64,000 nt of DNA from an uncultured Gammaproteobacteria bacterium (GTDB taxonomy: Bacteria > Patescibacteriota > Microgenomatia > Levybacterales > UBA12049), in assembly GCA_964515545.1 (NCBI GenBank), contig CAZERI010000002.1:149731-213730 (forward strand), given 5' to 3'. The notes beneath the pieces were generated by a model. The model saw only the letters and a list, made by a program, of their open reading frames with translations. It was not told the origin of the DNA and made no database searches. Below are positions 9,536-18,771 of the stretch, one piece after another. Position 1 is the first letter of the stretch. Each line of letters begins with the position of its first letter. The position numbers and the translations under genes are program-made.

Positions 9536-10964
9536 ATCATTAGCGACTAAAGTACTCATAGTTATCCTAGCGGTCGGGTTCCTTGTAAGACTTTATCGAT
9601 TTGATAATCCTATCGCTGATTGGCACAGCTGGCGTCAGGCAGACACCTCGTCAGTCTCCAGAAATTTTGTTACTTCAGGATTTGATGTACTACATCCTCG
9701 CTTTGATGATTTATCAAATGTCCCTTCCGGCCTTGATAACCCGCAAGGCTATCGCTTTGTTGAATTTCCTATTTATAATATTCTCCAAGCTGGATTTTTT
9801 AAGTTTATTGGGATACTGACTTTAGAAGAGTGGGGAAGACTCATTAGTATTTTTGCTTCTCTATTCGGGAGTTTTGTGATATTCCAGCTTCTCAATAAGT
9901 ATTCGGGAGTAAAAGCAGGGTTAGCAGGAGCTTTTTTCTATACATTTTTGCCGTATAACATTTATTATTCACGTACTATTCTGCCTGATCCTGCTATGGC
10001 AGGAGCAGTAATAGGAGCAGTCTATTTTTTTAGTAAGTGGGCAGATAGCCATGGTAAGGATACTAGGAGTTTTGTACTATCTCTTCTTCTTCTCATGTTA
10101 GCTATTCTCCTTAAGCCGTATGCTCTTTTCTATGGATTGCCATTTTTGGTACTTGTCTATCAGGAATTTGGGATGAAAGTACTAAAGAATGTGAAAATAT
10201 GGATATATGTGATAGCTTCCATTATCCCTTTTATCCTTTGGCGACTTTGGATGCAGCAATTCCCCGAAGGAATCCCTGCTAATGCATGGCTTCTTAACGG
10301 CAATGGTATTAGATTTAGGCCATCATTTTTTCAATGGATTGGGTATGAGCGGATAACTAAGCTAATCTCAGGGTATGTGGGGATACTCCTCCTAGGAGTA
10401 GGAGGAATACAGCTTATCAAAGAAAAGCGAAGACTTTTTTATCTTTCATTGGTTGTAAGCGCTTTGGCATATCTTTGTGTATTCGCGACAGGGAATGTGC
10501 AGCATGATTACTATCAAATAGTAATTATGCCTGTGGTAGCAATATTATTTGGCCTTGGGGCAAAATGGTTCCTTGAGCCTAAGTCCCATAAGGCATTAGC
10601 TTTTAAGCCGATTATTCTGGGAGTCATCACCTTGGTGGCTTTCAGTCTGAGTTGGTATCAGGTGAAAGATTACTTTAATATTAATAATAGAGCCATTGTT
10701 ATAGCCGGGAATGCAGTAGACCAGAAGATCCCTGAAGATGCCAAAGTAATTGCTAATTACAATGGAGATACTTCTTTTCTGTATCAGACAAAGAGAAAAG
10801 GCTGGTCAAGCTTTGAGAAACCGCTTCCTGAGATGATCTCAATGGGTGCTGATTATTTAGTCTTAGCCAATCCTTCGACTCAAGATCTCTACTTTGCTAA
10901 AGACTATAAAATTATTGCACAGACTAAAGACTATTTGCTCTTTGATCTTCACCAGAAACCATGA
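9525..10964 (+). CDS. GT-C-fold membrane glycosyltransferase (GT39/GT83, ArnT/PMT-like)
   Basis: N-terminal TM, then a periplasmic loop DWHSWRQADTSS with an acidic motif, followed by more than 10 TM helices. Paralogous to the C-terminal half of ORF 6437..9535. Confidence 0.6.
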   Translation: MLNKSLATKVLIVILAVGFLVRLYRFDNPIADWHSWRQADTSSVSRNFVTSGFDVLHPRFDDLSNVPSGLDNPQGYRFVEFPIYNILQAGFFKFIGILTLEEWGRLISIFASLFGSFVIFQLLNKYSGVKAGLAGAFFYTFLPYNIYYSRTILPDPAMAGAVIGAVYFFSKWADSHGKDTRSFVLSLLLLMLAILLKPYALFYGLPFLVLVYQEFGMKVLKNVKIWIYVIASIIPFILWRLWMQQFPEGIPANAWLLNGNGIRFRPSFFQWIGYERITKLISGYVGILLLGVGGIQLIKEKRRLFYLSLVVSALAYLCVFATGNVQHDYYQIVIMPVVAILFGLGAKWFLEPKSHKALAFKPIILGVITLVAFSLSWYQVKDYFNINNRAIVIAGNAVDQKIPEDAKVIANYNGDTSFLYQTKRKGWSSFEKPLPEMISMGADYLVLANPSTQDLYFAKDYKIIAQTKDYLLFDLHQKP

Positions 10965-12151
10965 AAATTTTAATGATTTCATCATACCTTCCTTACCCTC
11001 TCTTTGATGGGGGGACCATCCGTCTCTTTAATTTGATAAAACAGCTCAGTACTAAGCATGAGATTACGCTTATTTGTGAAGTAAGACCGCATCAAAATAG
11101 AGACGATAGTAAGGAGGTTGAGAAAATTACAGAAAAGGTGATCACTATCCCTCGTAAAAAACAATGGAGTGCACAGAATATCCTTAAGGCGGGTTTTTCT
11201 AGTGATTCGTTTTTGATCGTCGGCCATACACTCCCTGAGATGAAGAAAGTAATTGACAATGAACTAAGGACAAAGACCTACGACCTTATCCACGTCGAGA
11301 CTTCATACGTCATGCAGAATCTACCTCCGACAACACTCCCTGTAGTTCTTGTTGAGCATAACATTGAATATCTGGTTTATACAAAATTTATGGATAAAGC
11401 GCCTTTGCCTCTCCGTCCTTTTCTAAAGATTGATATAGCAAAACTGAGAAAGCAAGAAGAGGCTTTTTGGCGGAAAGCTTCTCAGGTAGTAACTGTGTCT
11501 GATGGAGAAAAGAAGATTGTCGAAAAAACAGGAATTAAAGCAAAGACTGTCTATAATGGTGTTGATTTATCAAACTTTCCTTTTAAAGATGTGGTTAAGT
11601 CATTGGAAGGCGACAAAAAACAATTCTTATTTATAGGCAACTATAAATGGCTCCAAAATCGCGACTCTGCCAGATGGATCTTACAGGAAATCTGGCCAAA
11701 AATAAAAGAAAAAGCAGTGGGGGAAGTTGTGCTTCGTATTGTTGGGCGGGATATGCCTGAGGATATAAGAAATTGGAAAGATGAGTCAGTCATCATCGAA
11801 GAGAATTCAGGTCGTAAGACTCAAGAAATCTTTGCAGAAAGCTTTGCCCTCCTGGCACCGATCAGAATTGGAGGAGGCAGCCAGTATAAGATTTTAGAAG
11901 CCTTAGCAGTCGGGACTCCAGTTATCACGACCACTCTTGGCTTGTCAGGACTTGATGTAAAAAAGGATGCGGATCTCCTGGTCGCAGATAATGCGTCTGA
12001 TCTTTCGGAAAAGGCTCTAGCTCTTCTTAGTGATGAAAAACTCTATAAGCATCTTGCAACAAGTGGAAGGAAGCAAATTGAGGAAAAGTATGATTGGGGA
12101 AAGATCGCAATAACTCTCCAGGAAATATACCAGGAGGCTGTTAACGTATGA
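10961..12151 (+). CDS. GT4 (group 1) glycosyltransferase
   Basis: MKILMISSYLPYPLFDGGTIR N-terminal GT4 motif. C-terminal GGSQYKILEALAVGTPVITT. Start/stop overlaps its neighbours (ATGA coupling). Confidence 0.85.
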   Translation: MKILMISSYLPYPLFDGGTIRLFNLIKQLSTKHEITLICEVRPHQNRDDSKEVEKITEKVITIPRKKQWSAQNILKAGFSSDSFLIVGHTLPEMKKVIDNELRTKTYDLIHVETSYVMQNLPPTTLPVVLVEHNIEYLVYTKFMDKAPLPLRPFLKIDIAKLRKQEEAFWRKASQVVTVSDGEKKIVEKTGIKAKTVYNGVDLSNFPFKDVVKSLEGDKKQFLFIGNYKWLQNRDSARWILQEIWPKIKEKAVGEVVLRIVGRDMPEDIRNWKDESVIIEENSGRKTQEIFAESFALLAPIRIGGGSQYKILEALAVGTPVITTTLGLSGLDVKKDADLLVADNASDLSEKALALLSDEKLYKHLATSGRKQIEEKYDWGKIAITLQEIYQEAVNV

Positions 12152-13251
12152 GGATTGGCATTGATGCACGATTTTGGCATGAAACAGGTGTTGGGCGATA
12201 CATTCGTAATCTTGTTCTAGAGCTCGACAAATTAAATTCCGAACATGAATTTGTCCTTTTTGTAAAAGAACAAGATGAAAATAAGATACGCAGTGCTGTC
12301 ATGAATAAAAATTTTAAGATTGTACCAACTGCTATTCATTGGCATTCTGTTAAGGAACAGCTTTTATTTTCACGGATTTTACAAAAAGAGAGGATGGATT
12401 TGATGCATTTTACGTATTTCTCAGTGCCTATTTTATACTCAGGCCCATTTGTAGTGACAATTCATGATTTAATCATCCATCATTTTGCCACTGGTGAAGC
12501 AACAACTCTGCCTTTTCCTCTCTATAAAGTCAAAGTTGAGGCATATAAGCATGTTATTTCAACAGCAGCAAGAAAGGCGGTAAAGATTATTGCAGTATCT
12601 GAAGCAACCAAGAAAGAGGTTGTAGATCATTTAGGAGTACCTGAAAATAAAATTACCGTTACCTACGAAGGCGTAGACCTTTCTCTATCTAAGCCAAAAG
12701 ACCGAGGATCTAAGAATGATTATGGCAAGTACTTCCTCCATGTCGGCAATGTCTATCCTCATAAAAATGCTAAGCGGTTAGTAGACGCCTTTGAATTTAT
12801 TCATGAGGAGGATGTCAAACTTCTATTTATTGGTAAAAAAGATTATTTTATGACTAAATTGGAGAATTATGTTAAGAAGAAAAATATTTTAAATGTAGAA
12901 TTTTTAGGATTTGTTAAAGATGATGAGCTAGAAGAGTTATACCAAAATGCTCTTGCTACTGTTGTTCCTTCTTTGATGGAAGGATTTGGTCTGCCTGTCC
13001 TTGAGGCACTTGCAAATAAATCACTTGTAATTGCTTCAGATATTCCATCTTTGAGAGAGGTAGGAAAAGAGGCCCTCTTGTATATTGATCCTTTAAATAT
13101 TACCTCGCTTTCTGCTAAGATGCAGCACATTGTCAAGGATGATCCGAAAAATTTTGAAAGTTATAAGATAAGAGGACTCGAGATAGTAAAGCATTTTAGC
13201 TGGAAAGATATGACTGAGGCGACAATACGAATATACGAAAGCTGCCTTTAG
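12148..13251 (+). CDS. GT4 (group 1) glycosyltransferase
   Basis: MRIGIDARFWHETGVGRY and EGFGLPVLEALANKSLVIASD motifs. Confidence 0.85.
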   Translation: MRIGIDARFWHETGVGRYIRNLVLELDKLNSEHEFVLFVKEQDENKIRSAVMNKNFKIVPTAIHWHSVKEQLLFSRILQKERMDLMHFTYFSVPILYSGPFVVTIHDLIIHHFATGEATTLPFPLYKVKVEAYKHVISTAARKAVKIIAVSEATKKEVVDHLGVPENKITVTYEGVDLSLSKPKDRGSKNDYGKYFLHVGNVYPHKNAKRLVDAFEFIHEEDVKLLFIGKKDYFMTKLENYVKKKNILNVEFLGFVKDDELEELYQNALATVVPSLMEGFGLPVLEALANKSLVIASDIPSLREVGKEALLYIDPLNITSLSAKMQHIVKDDPKNFESYKIRGLEIVKHFSWKDMTEATIRIYESCL

Positions 13252-13312
13252 TCCCGTTTAAGGACAACGTGATCCGACTAACTATACACTGCTCCTAACG
13301 TCTCTTTGATCT

Positions 13313-14413
13313 ATGAAAGTAGCGCTTGTTTATGATCGTGTAAATAAATGGGGTGGAGCAGAACGCGTCCTCATAGCTCTTCATGAGTTATTCCCAGATG
13401 CAGATTTGTATACCTCAGTCTACAGCAAAAAAAAAGCCAAGTGGGCAAAGAATTTTTCAGTTATTCCTTCTTTTTTGCAGGACTTCCCCTTTGCCAAAGA
13501 TGCTCATGAGTTCTATCCTCTGTTAATGCCGATCTCTTTTGAGTCATTTCATTTTGATGACTATGATGTAGTGATTTCAGTTACCAGCGAAGCTGGAAAG
13601 GGGATAATCACCAAGCCCCATACTCTTCATATCTGTTATTGTCTGACTCCGACCCGTTACTTGTGGAGTGGTTTTGATGAGTACTTTCCGACCCCTTTAG
13701 CACGGATTCTCTCCTATCCGGCTATTTCTTATCTAAGAATGTGGGATAAAGTAGCGAGTTCCCGACCTGACAGATTTATCGCCATATCAAAAGAAGTAAG
13801 CTCACGAATAAAAACCTTTTACCATCGAGATACTCAGATTATCCACCCGCCTGTTGCTCTTATTGAGGCTGATTTTTCTAAAAATACAAGAAAGAAAAAA
13901 GGAGAGTATTACTTAGTGGTATCAAGGCTCGTGCATTATAAGAGAATTGATCTAGCAATTTTGGCTTGCAATAAGCTTAACCTTCCGCTTAAAATCGTAG
14001 GAACAGGCAGCGAGATAGAGAAATTAAAAAGAATTTCAGGGCCTACTATTGAATTTCTCGGATTTGTTCCTGATGAAGAGTTAGTCCCCCTCTATAAAGA
14101 TGCAAAAGCTTTGCTTTTTCCAGGGAGTGAGGATTTTGGGATAGTCATGGCTGAAGCATTAGGCTTTGGGACACCTGTTATCGCTTATAGGAATGGGGGA
14201 GCTATGGATATCGTTGAAAACGGTAAGTCAGGAATCCTTTTCCCGCATCAGACTGTCGCCTCGTTAGTAAAGGCTATAAAAATGGCTGAGACCAAAAAAT
14301 TTAGAACATTAGATCTCAAAAAACGAGCTCAATATTTTTCTTCAACACATTTTAAGCAAAAGATAAAAGCCTATATTGACGAGTCTTTGCAAAAGAAAGA
14401 AATATGTCTATAA
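13313..14413 (+). CDS. GT4 (group 1) glycosyltransferase
   Basis: MKVALVYDRVNKWGGAERV N-terminus and EDFGIVMAEALGFGTPVIAYRNGG C-terminal motif. Confidence 0.85.
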   Translation: MKVALVYDRVNKWGGAERVLIALHELFPDADLYTSVYSKKKAKWAKNFSVIPSFLQDFPFAKDAHEFYPLLMPISFESFHFDDYDVVISVTSEAGKGIITKPHTLHICYCLTPTRYLWSGFDEYFPTPLARILSYPAISYLRMWDKVASSRPDRFIAISKEVSSRIKTFYHRDTQIIHPPVALIEADFSKNTRKKKGEYYLVVSRLVHYKRIDLAILACNKLNLPLKIVGTGSEIEKLKRISGPTIEFLGFVPDEELVPLYKDAKALLFPGSEDFGIVMAEALGFGTPVIAYRNGGAMDIVENGKSGILFPHQTVASLVKAIKMAETKKFRTLDLKKRAQYFSSTHFKQKIKAYIDESLQKKEICL

Positions 14414-14425
14414 TAAGGTGAATCT

Positions 14426-15508
14426 ATGAAAATAGTTATTTTTGCAGGCGGAGTTGGTACACGGCTTTGGCCTCTATCGCGCAAGAATACTCCTAAGCAG
14501 TTTGGACAGATCATAGGAGATAGGTCTACCCTTCAGCAGACAATAGATCGTTTATCAACAGAATTTCCTCCTGATGATATTTTTATAGCCACGGGTAAAC
14601 AGTATAAACAAAATGTAGAATCCCAGCTCTCAATGGTTCCTAGGGAAAACTTTATTTTTGAACCGATGATGCGGGATGTAGGACCAGCTATCGGCCTAAA
14701 TGCTTTTTTACTGGAGAAATTGGCTCCCGATGAACCTATTGCGATTTTGTGGAGTGATCATCTTGTTAAGAATGTCTCGATGTTTCGCCATGTGCTGCGG
14801 ATAGCTGAGAAAATGATTCTGGAAGACAATGCTAACTTTGTTTTTATTGCTCAAGAGCCACGATTTGCCAACCAAAATCTCGGCTGGATAGAGTTGGGAG
14901 AAAAAGTAAAGAATGATAATGGAGCTGAAGTTTACCATTTTGCTAAGTTGCGTTATCGTCCTGCACTAGAAGAAGCTGAGCAGTTTTTCCAGCAGGACAA
15001 CTTTGTCTGGAATTTAGGCTACTTCGTTACCACACCCCGCTTCCTGGTGTCCTTATTTAAGGAAAATTCCCCTGAGATGTATGAAAAGCTACGAGAGATC
15101 CAGTCAGCATATCAGACAGCTGAGTATGAACAAAAGCTTGAAGAAATTTATCCAACTCTCGAGAAGATAAGCTTTGATGATGCAGTGCTGGTAAAAATGT
15201 CACCTCAGGATGTCTATGTGATATCTACTGATCTGGGCTGGAGTGATATAGGAGCATGGGATGCTCTGAAAGAAGCATTAGCTAATACTTCAGATGAAAA
15301 TATTACCAAGGGTAAAGTTCTGGTAGAGGATACACGTGATTCGTTGGTCTTTAACTATACCGATCAATTAAGTGTAGGGATAGACCTTTCGGAGATGCTT
15401 ATTATTAATACAGAAGATGTGCTTCTCGTCTGTCCTAAGAGCTCAGTACCAAAAATTAAAAAGCTGGTTGAGAACCTTAAAGACACTCCTCATGAGCATC
15501 TAGCCTAG
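14426..15508 (+). CDS. manC: mannose-1-phosphate guanylyltransferase (GDP-mannose pyrophosphorylase), short form without cupin/PMI domain
   Basis: MKIVIFAGGVGTRLWPLSRKNTPKQF matches the ManC/CpsB nucleotidyltransferase N-terminus. About 360 aa. Confidence 0.8.
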   Translation: MKIVIFAGGVGTRLWPLSRKNTPKQFGQIIGDRSTLQQTIDRLSTEFPPDDIFIATGKQYKQNVESQLSMVPRENFIFEPMMRDVGPAIGLNAFLLEKLAPDEPIAILWSDHLVKNVSMFRHVLRIAEKMILEDNANFVFIAQEPRFANQNLGWIELGEKVKNDNGAEVYHFAKLRYRPALEEAEQFFQQDNFVWNLGYFVTTPRFLVSLFKENSPEMYEKLREIQSAYQTAEYEQKLEEIYPTLEKISFDDAVLVKMSPQDVYVISTDLGWSDIGAWDALKEALANTSDENITKGKVLVEDTRDSLVFNYTDQLSVGIDLSEMLIINTEDVLLVCPKSSVPKIKKLVENLKDTPHEHLA

Positions 15509-15510
15509 CC

Positions 15511-16176
15511 ATGCCATACGTTGAAATTAAAAAAAGCAGAGCATATGAAATGGCCAAACGTGCTATTGATATCATAAGCTCTCTTTCTATTCTTTTGATC
15601 TTTTTTCCTGTTATTCTTCTTGTGGCTCTTGCGATTCGGTTGGATTCAAAAGGTCCCATCCTTGCTGATACTCCTGAGAGGGTGGGAAGGGGAGGAAAAC
15701 CCTTTAAGATGTATAAATTCCGTTCTATGATTCCCAATGCCCATATTATCCTGCGTGAGGATCCTGAATTTGCAGCTTTGTATGAACAATATAAAAAAGG
15801 CAGCTACAAACTGACAAATGATCCCCGTATAACGAGAGTTGGGACATTTATAAGGAAGCATTCGCTGGATGAAGCTCCGCAGTTGTTTAATGTCTTAAAA
15901 GGAGACATGAGTCTGGTTGGCCCTCGGGCGTATTACCCTGATGAGCTTCGCGAGCAGCAAAAAAAATATCCTGAGACAAAGGATGCAGTAAAAGTAGTGC
16001 TGTCTGTTAAGCCTGGGGTAACTGGCTTATGGCAGGTCTCAGGGAGAAGTGAGATTAATTTTGATAAAAGAATAGAAATGGATGCAAATTATGTAAAACG
16101 ACGATCTATTTTGTATGATATATGGCTTATTCTCCGCACGCCAGGAGCTGTCATAACCGGCCGAGGAGCACGATAG
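15511..16176 (+). CDS. bacterial sugar transferase (priming phosphoglycosyltransferase, WbaP/WecA-functional-analogue, Bac_transf family)
   Basis: One N-terminal TM, then KMYKFRSM, DEAPQLFNVLKGDMSLVGPR and PGVTGLWQVSGR. These are classic polyisoprenyl-phosphate hexose-1-phosphate transferase motifs. Confidence 0.85.
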   Translation: MPYVEIKKSRAYEMAKRAIDIISSLSILLIFFPVILLVALAIRLDSKGPILADTPERVGRGGKPFKMYKFRSMIPNAHIILREDPEFAALYEQYKKGSYKLTNDPRITRVGTFIRKHSLDEAPQLFNVLKGDMSLVGPRAYYPDELREQQKKYPETKDAVKVVLSVKPGVTGLWQVSGRSEINFDKRIEMDANYVKRRSILYDIWLILRTPGAVITGRGAR

Positions 16177-16221
16177 TGATTTTATACAAGTTGACAATGA
16201 AGAAAGCTCTTTCGTATCATA

Positions 16222-18171
16222 GTGAGTATGCCCGGATTTGAAAAGATCGATCTAGATCTTAAAAATGATATAATAACAGAGACTCCAGGTATGGCACGAC
16301 AAAATCGAAAGCAGCGAAAGAAGTCTCCTAAGAATATGAAATTAATCGGCGGAATTGTACTCGTCGTAGTTCTATTTCTTATTTTTGGACTTATTCTCCC
16401 TGCTTACTCTCTCATTAAATCAGCTAAAGCCACTTATACTCAGACCAAGGCTCTTTCAGCTGCAGTAAAGCAGCAGAATATAGATCTGGCATCAACAGAA
16501 CTGGTTAAAACCCAAGAAAAACTAGCTGACACTAAAAATAAATTACACAGACTTGGCTATCTGCACTTTATTCCTCTAGCAAATTTCTACTATAACGATG
16601 CTGATCATATGATGAATGCAGGGGATGAAGGGCTAAAGACTGCCAAGATAGTCATAGAGTCGCTCAAGCCTTATGCAGATGTATTAGGCCTTAAAGGCCA
16701 AGGTACTTTTGTCGGAGGATCAGGTGAGGATCGAATTAAGACTGCTGTCCTGACGCTTGGTAAAATTACTCCTCAGATAGATACGATCTCAGGTAGTCTC
16801 TTAAAGGTTAAGTCGGAAATTGATAAGGTAAATCCCCGTCACTATCCCAAACTTCTTTTCGGGAGTAAGATACAGGATCAGCTTATACAAGTCAGGACAC
16901 TAACTGATGAAAGCGTGGAATTCGTGGATCAGGCAAAGCCGTTGATTAAGGTTCTTCCGACTCTTTTAGGTGAAGAAGAGGAGAAGAAATATCTCGTCTT
17001 ATTCCAAAATGATAAAGAGCTTCGCCCAACCGGAGGCTTTATCACAGCATATGCCATATTCAGAATTGATAAGGGAGTAATCAACTTAGAGCGTTCTGAT
17101 GATATCTATCCTCTGGATGACTCTATCTCTAATAAGCCTAAGGCTCCTGCACCTATTTTGAAGTATCTCCCTAAAGTCTATAATCTCAATCTTCGTGATA
17201 GTAATTTATCCCCTGATTTTATTGAGTCAATGGACCAATTTAATGAGCTGTATCAGAGAGCAGGTCAGAGGGTAGATGTCGATGGTATTATCGCCATGGA
17301 TACCAATGTCTTGACGACAACTATCAAGATTCTTGATGATCAGGTGACAGTAGATGGCCAGACATTTACTACTAAGAATGATCCCCGATGTGACTGTCCA
17401 CAAGTGATTTATGCTCTGGAGGATAATATTTCTCGTCCGGTTAACTACGTCAAAACTGATCGTAAGGGACTTCTTGGTGACATGCTCCAGACACTTATGA
17501 AGAAAGCTCTTTCTTCATCTCCTAAAGTCTACTGGGGTCCCCTTTTCCAGTCTATGCTCGCCCTTACTCATCAAAAGCATATCCTTTTTGACTTATATAA
17601 CGATGATGCTCAGTCAGGAATCGTAGCTCTCCAGGCAGCGGGAAAGATCGAAGCGTTTGATGGAGACTATCTTCATATTAATGAAGCCAACTTCAGCGGA
17701 GCTAAGACTAATCTCTTTATCAACCAGACAGTAGAGAGCTCATATGATGTTAAGAGTGACGGGAGTGTCACTAAGACAGTCACTATTAACTACAAGAATA
17801 CCCATGCTCCTTCAGACTGTAACTTAGAGAGCGGAGGGCTCTGTCTCAATGCTGAGTATCGTGACTGGATCCGGCTGTATGTTCCTAAAGGAAGTAAGAT
17901 GGTAGATAGTAAAGGTTCTCAGGTAAAAATGTCTACCTATGATGAATTAGGGAAGACTGTGTTTGATGGCTTCCTCACAGTAAGACCATTAGGTGCAACG
18001 ACTTTTACTATTACCTATACGCTTCCATTTAAGGTAAAAGGCGGAGAACTTCCGCTTCTTATCCAGAAGCAGCCAGGGACAGATATGCCTGCCTACACTG
18101 TCAAGGTAAATGGTCATACAGTCCAAAAGTTTAACCTCCTTACAGACAAGAAAGTTACATTAAAAGTATAA
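16222..18171 (+). CDS. membrane-anchored DUF4012-family protein (unknown function, associated with cell-envelope polysaccharide loci)
   Basis: N-terminal TM (LIGGIVLVVVLFLIFGLIL). Internal motif FQNDKELRPTGGFI matches the NxAExRxTGG hallmark of DUF4012. Confidence 0.55.
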   Translation: MSMPGFEKIDLDLKNDIITETPGMARQNRKQRKKSPKNMKLIGGIVLVVVLFLIFGLILPAYSLIKSAKATYTQTKALSAAVKQQNIDLASTELVKTQEKLADTKNKLHRLGYLHFIPLANFYYNDADHMMNAGDEGLKTAKIVIESLKPYADVLGLKGQGTFVGGSGEDRIKTAVLTLGKITPQIDTISGSLLKVKSEIDKVNPRHYPKLLFGSKIQDQLIQVRTLTDESVEFVDQAKPLIKVLPTLLGEEEEKKYLVLFQNDKELRPTGGFITAYAIFRIDKGVINLERSDDIYPLDDSISNKPKAPAPILKYLPKVYNLNLRDSNLSPDFIESMDQFNELYQRAGQRVDVDGIIAMDTNVLTTTIKILDDQVTVDGQTFTTKNDPRCDCPQVIYALEDNISRPVNYVKTDRKGLLGDMLQTLMKKALSSSPKVYWGPLFQSMLALTHQKHILFDLYNDDAQSGIVALQAAGKIEAFDGDYLHINEANFSGAKTNLFINQTVESSYDVKSDGSVTKTVTINYKNTHAPSDCNLESGGLCLNAEYRDWIRLYVPKGSKMVDSKGSQVKMSTYDELGKTVFDGFLTVRPLGATTFTITYTLPFKVKGGELPLLIQKQPGTDMPAYTVKVNGHTVQKFNLLTDKKVTLKV

Positions 18172-18178
18172 TATCCTC

Positions 18179-18730
18179 GTGCGAAATTTTAAGACTGAAG
18201 GCATTATTATTAAACGCCATGACTTCAATGAAGCTGATAGAATGCTGACTATCTACACGAAAGACTTCGGTAAGATAGGGGTTAAGGCGACAGGAGTGAG
18301 GAGGATTACCAGTCGTAGAGCCTCACATATAGAGCTTCTTAATGATGTCACACTTACTCTCTACAGGAAGTCTCATATTCCGGTCCTTACAGAAGCCCAG
18401 ATGATCAATAGTTTTTCTGAGATAAAGAATAATTTAGAAAAAATGGGGTATGCTTATCATATTTGTGAGCTTATTGACGGTCTTTGTCCTGCCGAAGAGA
18501 TACAGCCTGAAGTTTTTCATTTACTCAAAAATACGCTTAATGAAATCTGTCTGGCAGAAAAAGAAGAATTACTTTTTACGATCCATGATTTTGAGGTAGC
18601 ATTGCTGACACTTCTTGGGTTTTGGCATAAGAGACCTCAAGAATCAACAGAGCTTGATACCCATCAATTTATTGAAAATATTCTTGAGCGAAAACTAAAA
18701 AGCCGTCGCATCTTCTCAAAGCTTCACTAA
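18179..18730 (+). CDS. recO: DNA repair protein RecO (short form)
   Basis: EGIIIKRHDFNEADRMLTIYTKDFGKIGVKATGVRR resembles the RecO N-terminal OB-fold signature. At 183 aa it is shorter than canonical RecO. Confidence 0.55.
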   Translation: MRNFKTEGIIIKRHDFNEADRMLTIYTKDFGKIGVKATGVRRITSRRASHIELLNDVTLTLYRKSHIPVLTEAQMINSFSEIKNNLEKMGYAYHICELIDGLCPAEEIQPEVFHLLKNTLNEICLAEKEELLFTIHDFEVALLTLLGFWHKRPQESTELDTHQFIENILERKLKSRRIFSKLH

Positions 18731-18771
18731 TTCATCTTCAATCCACAGTCTGTTTCTGCTATGATAGGCTC

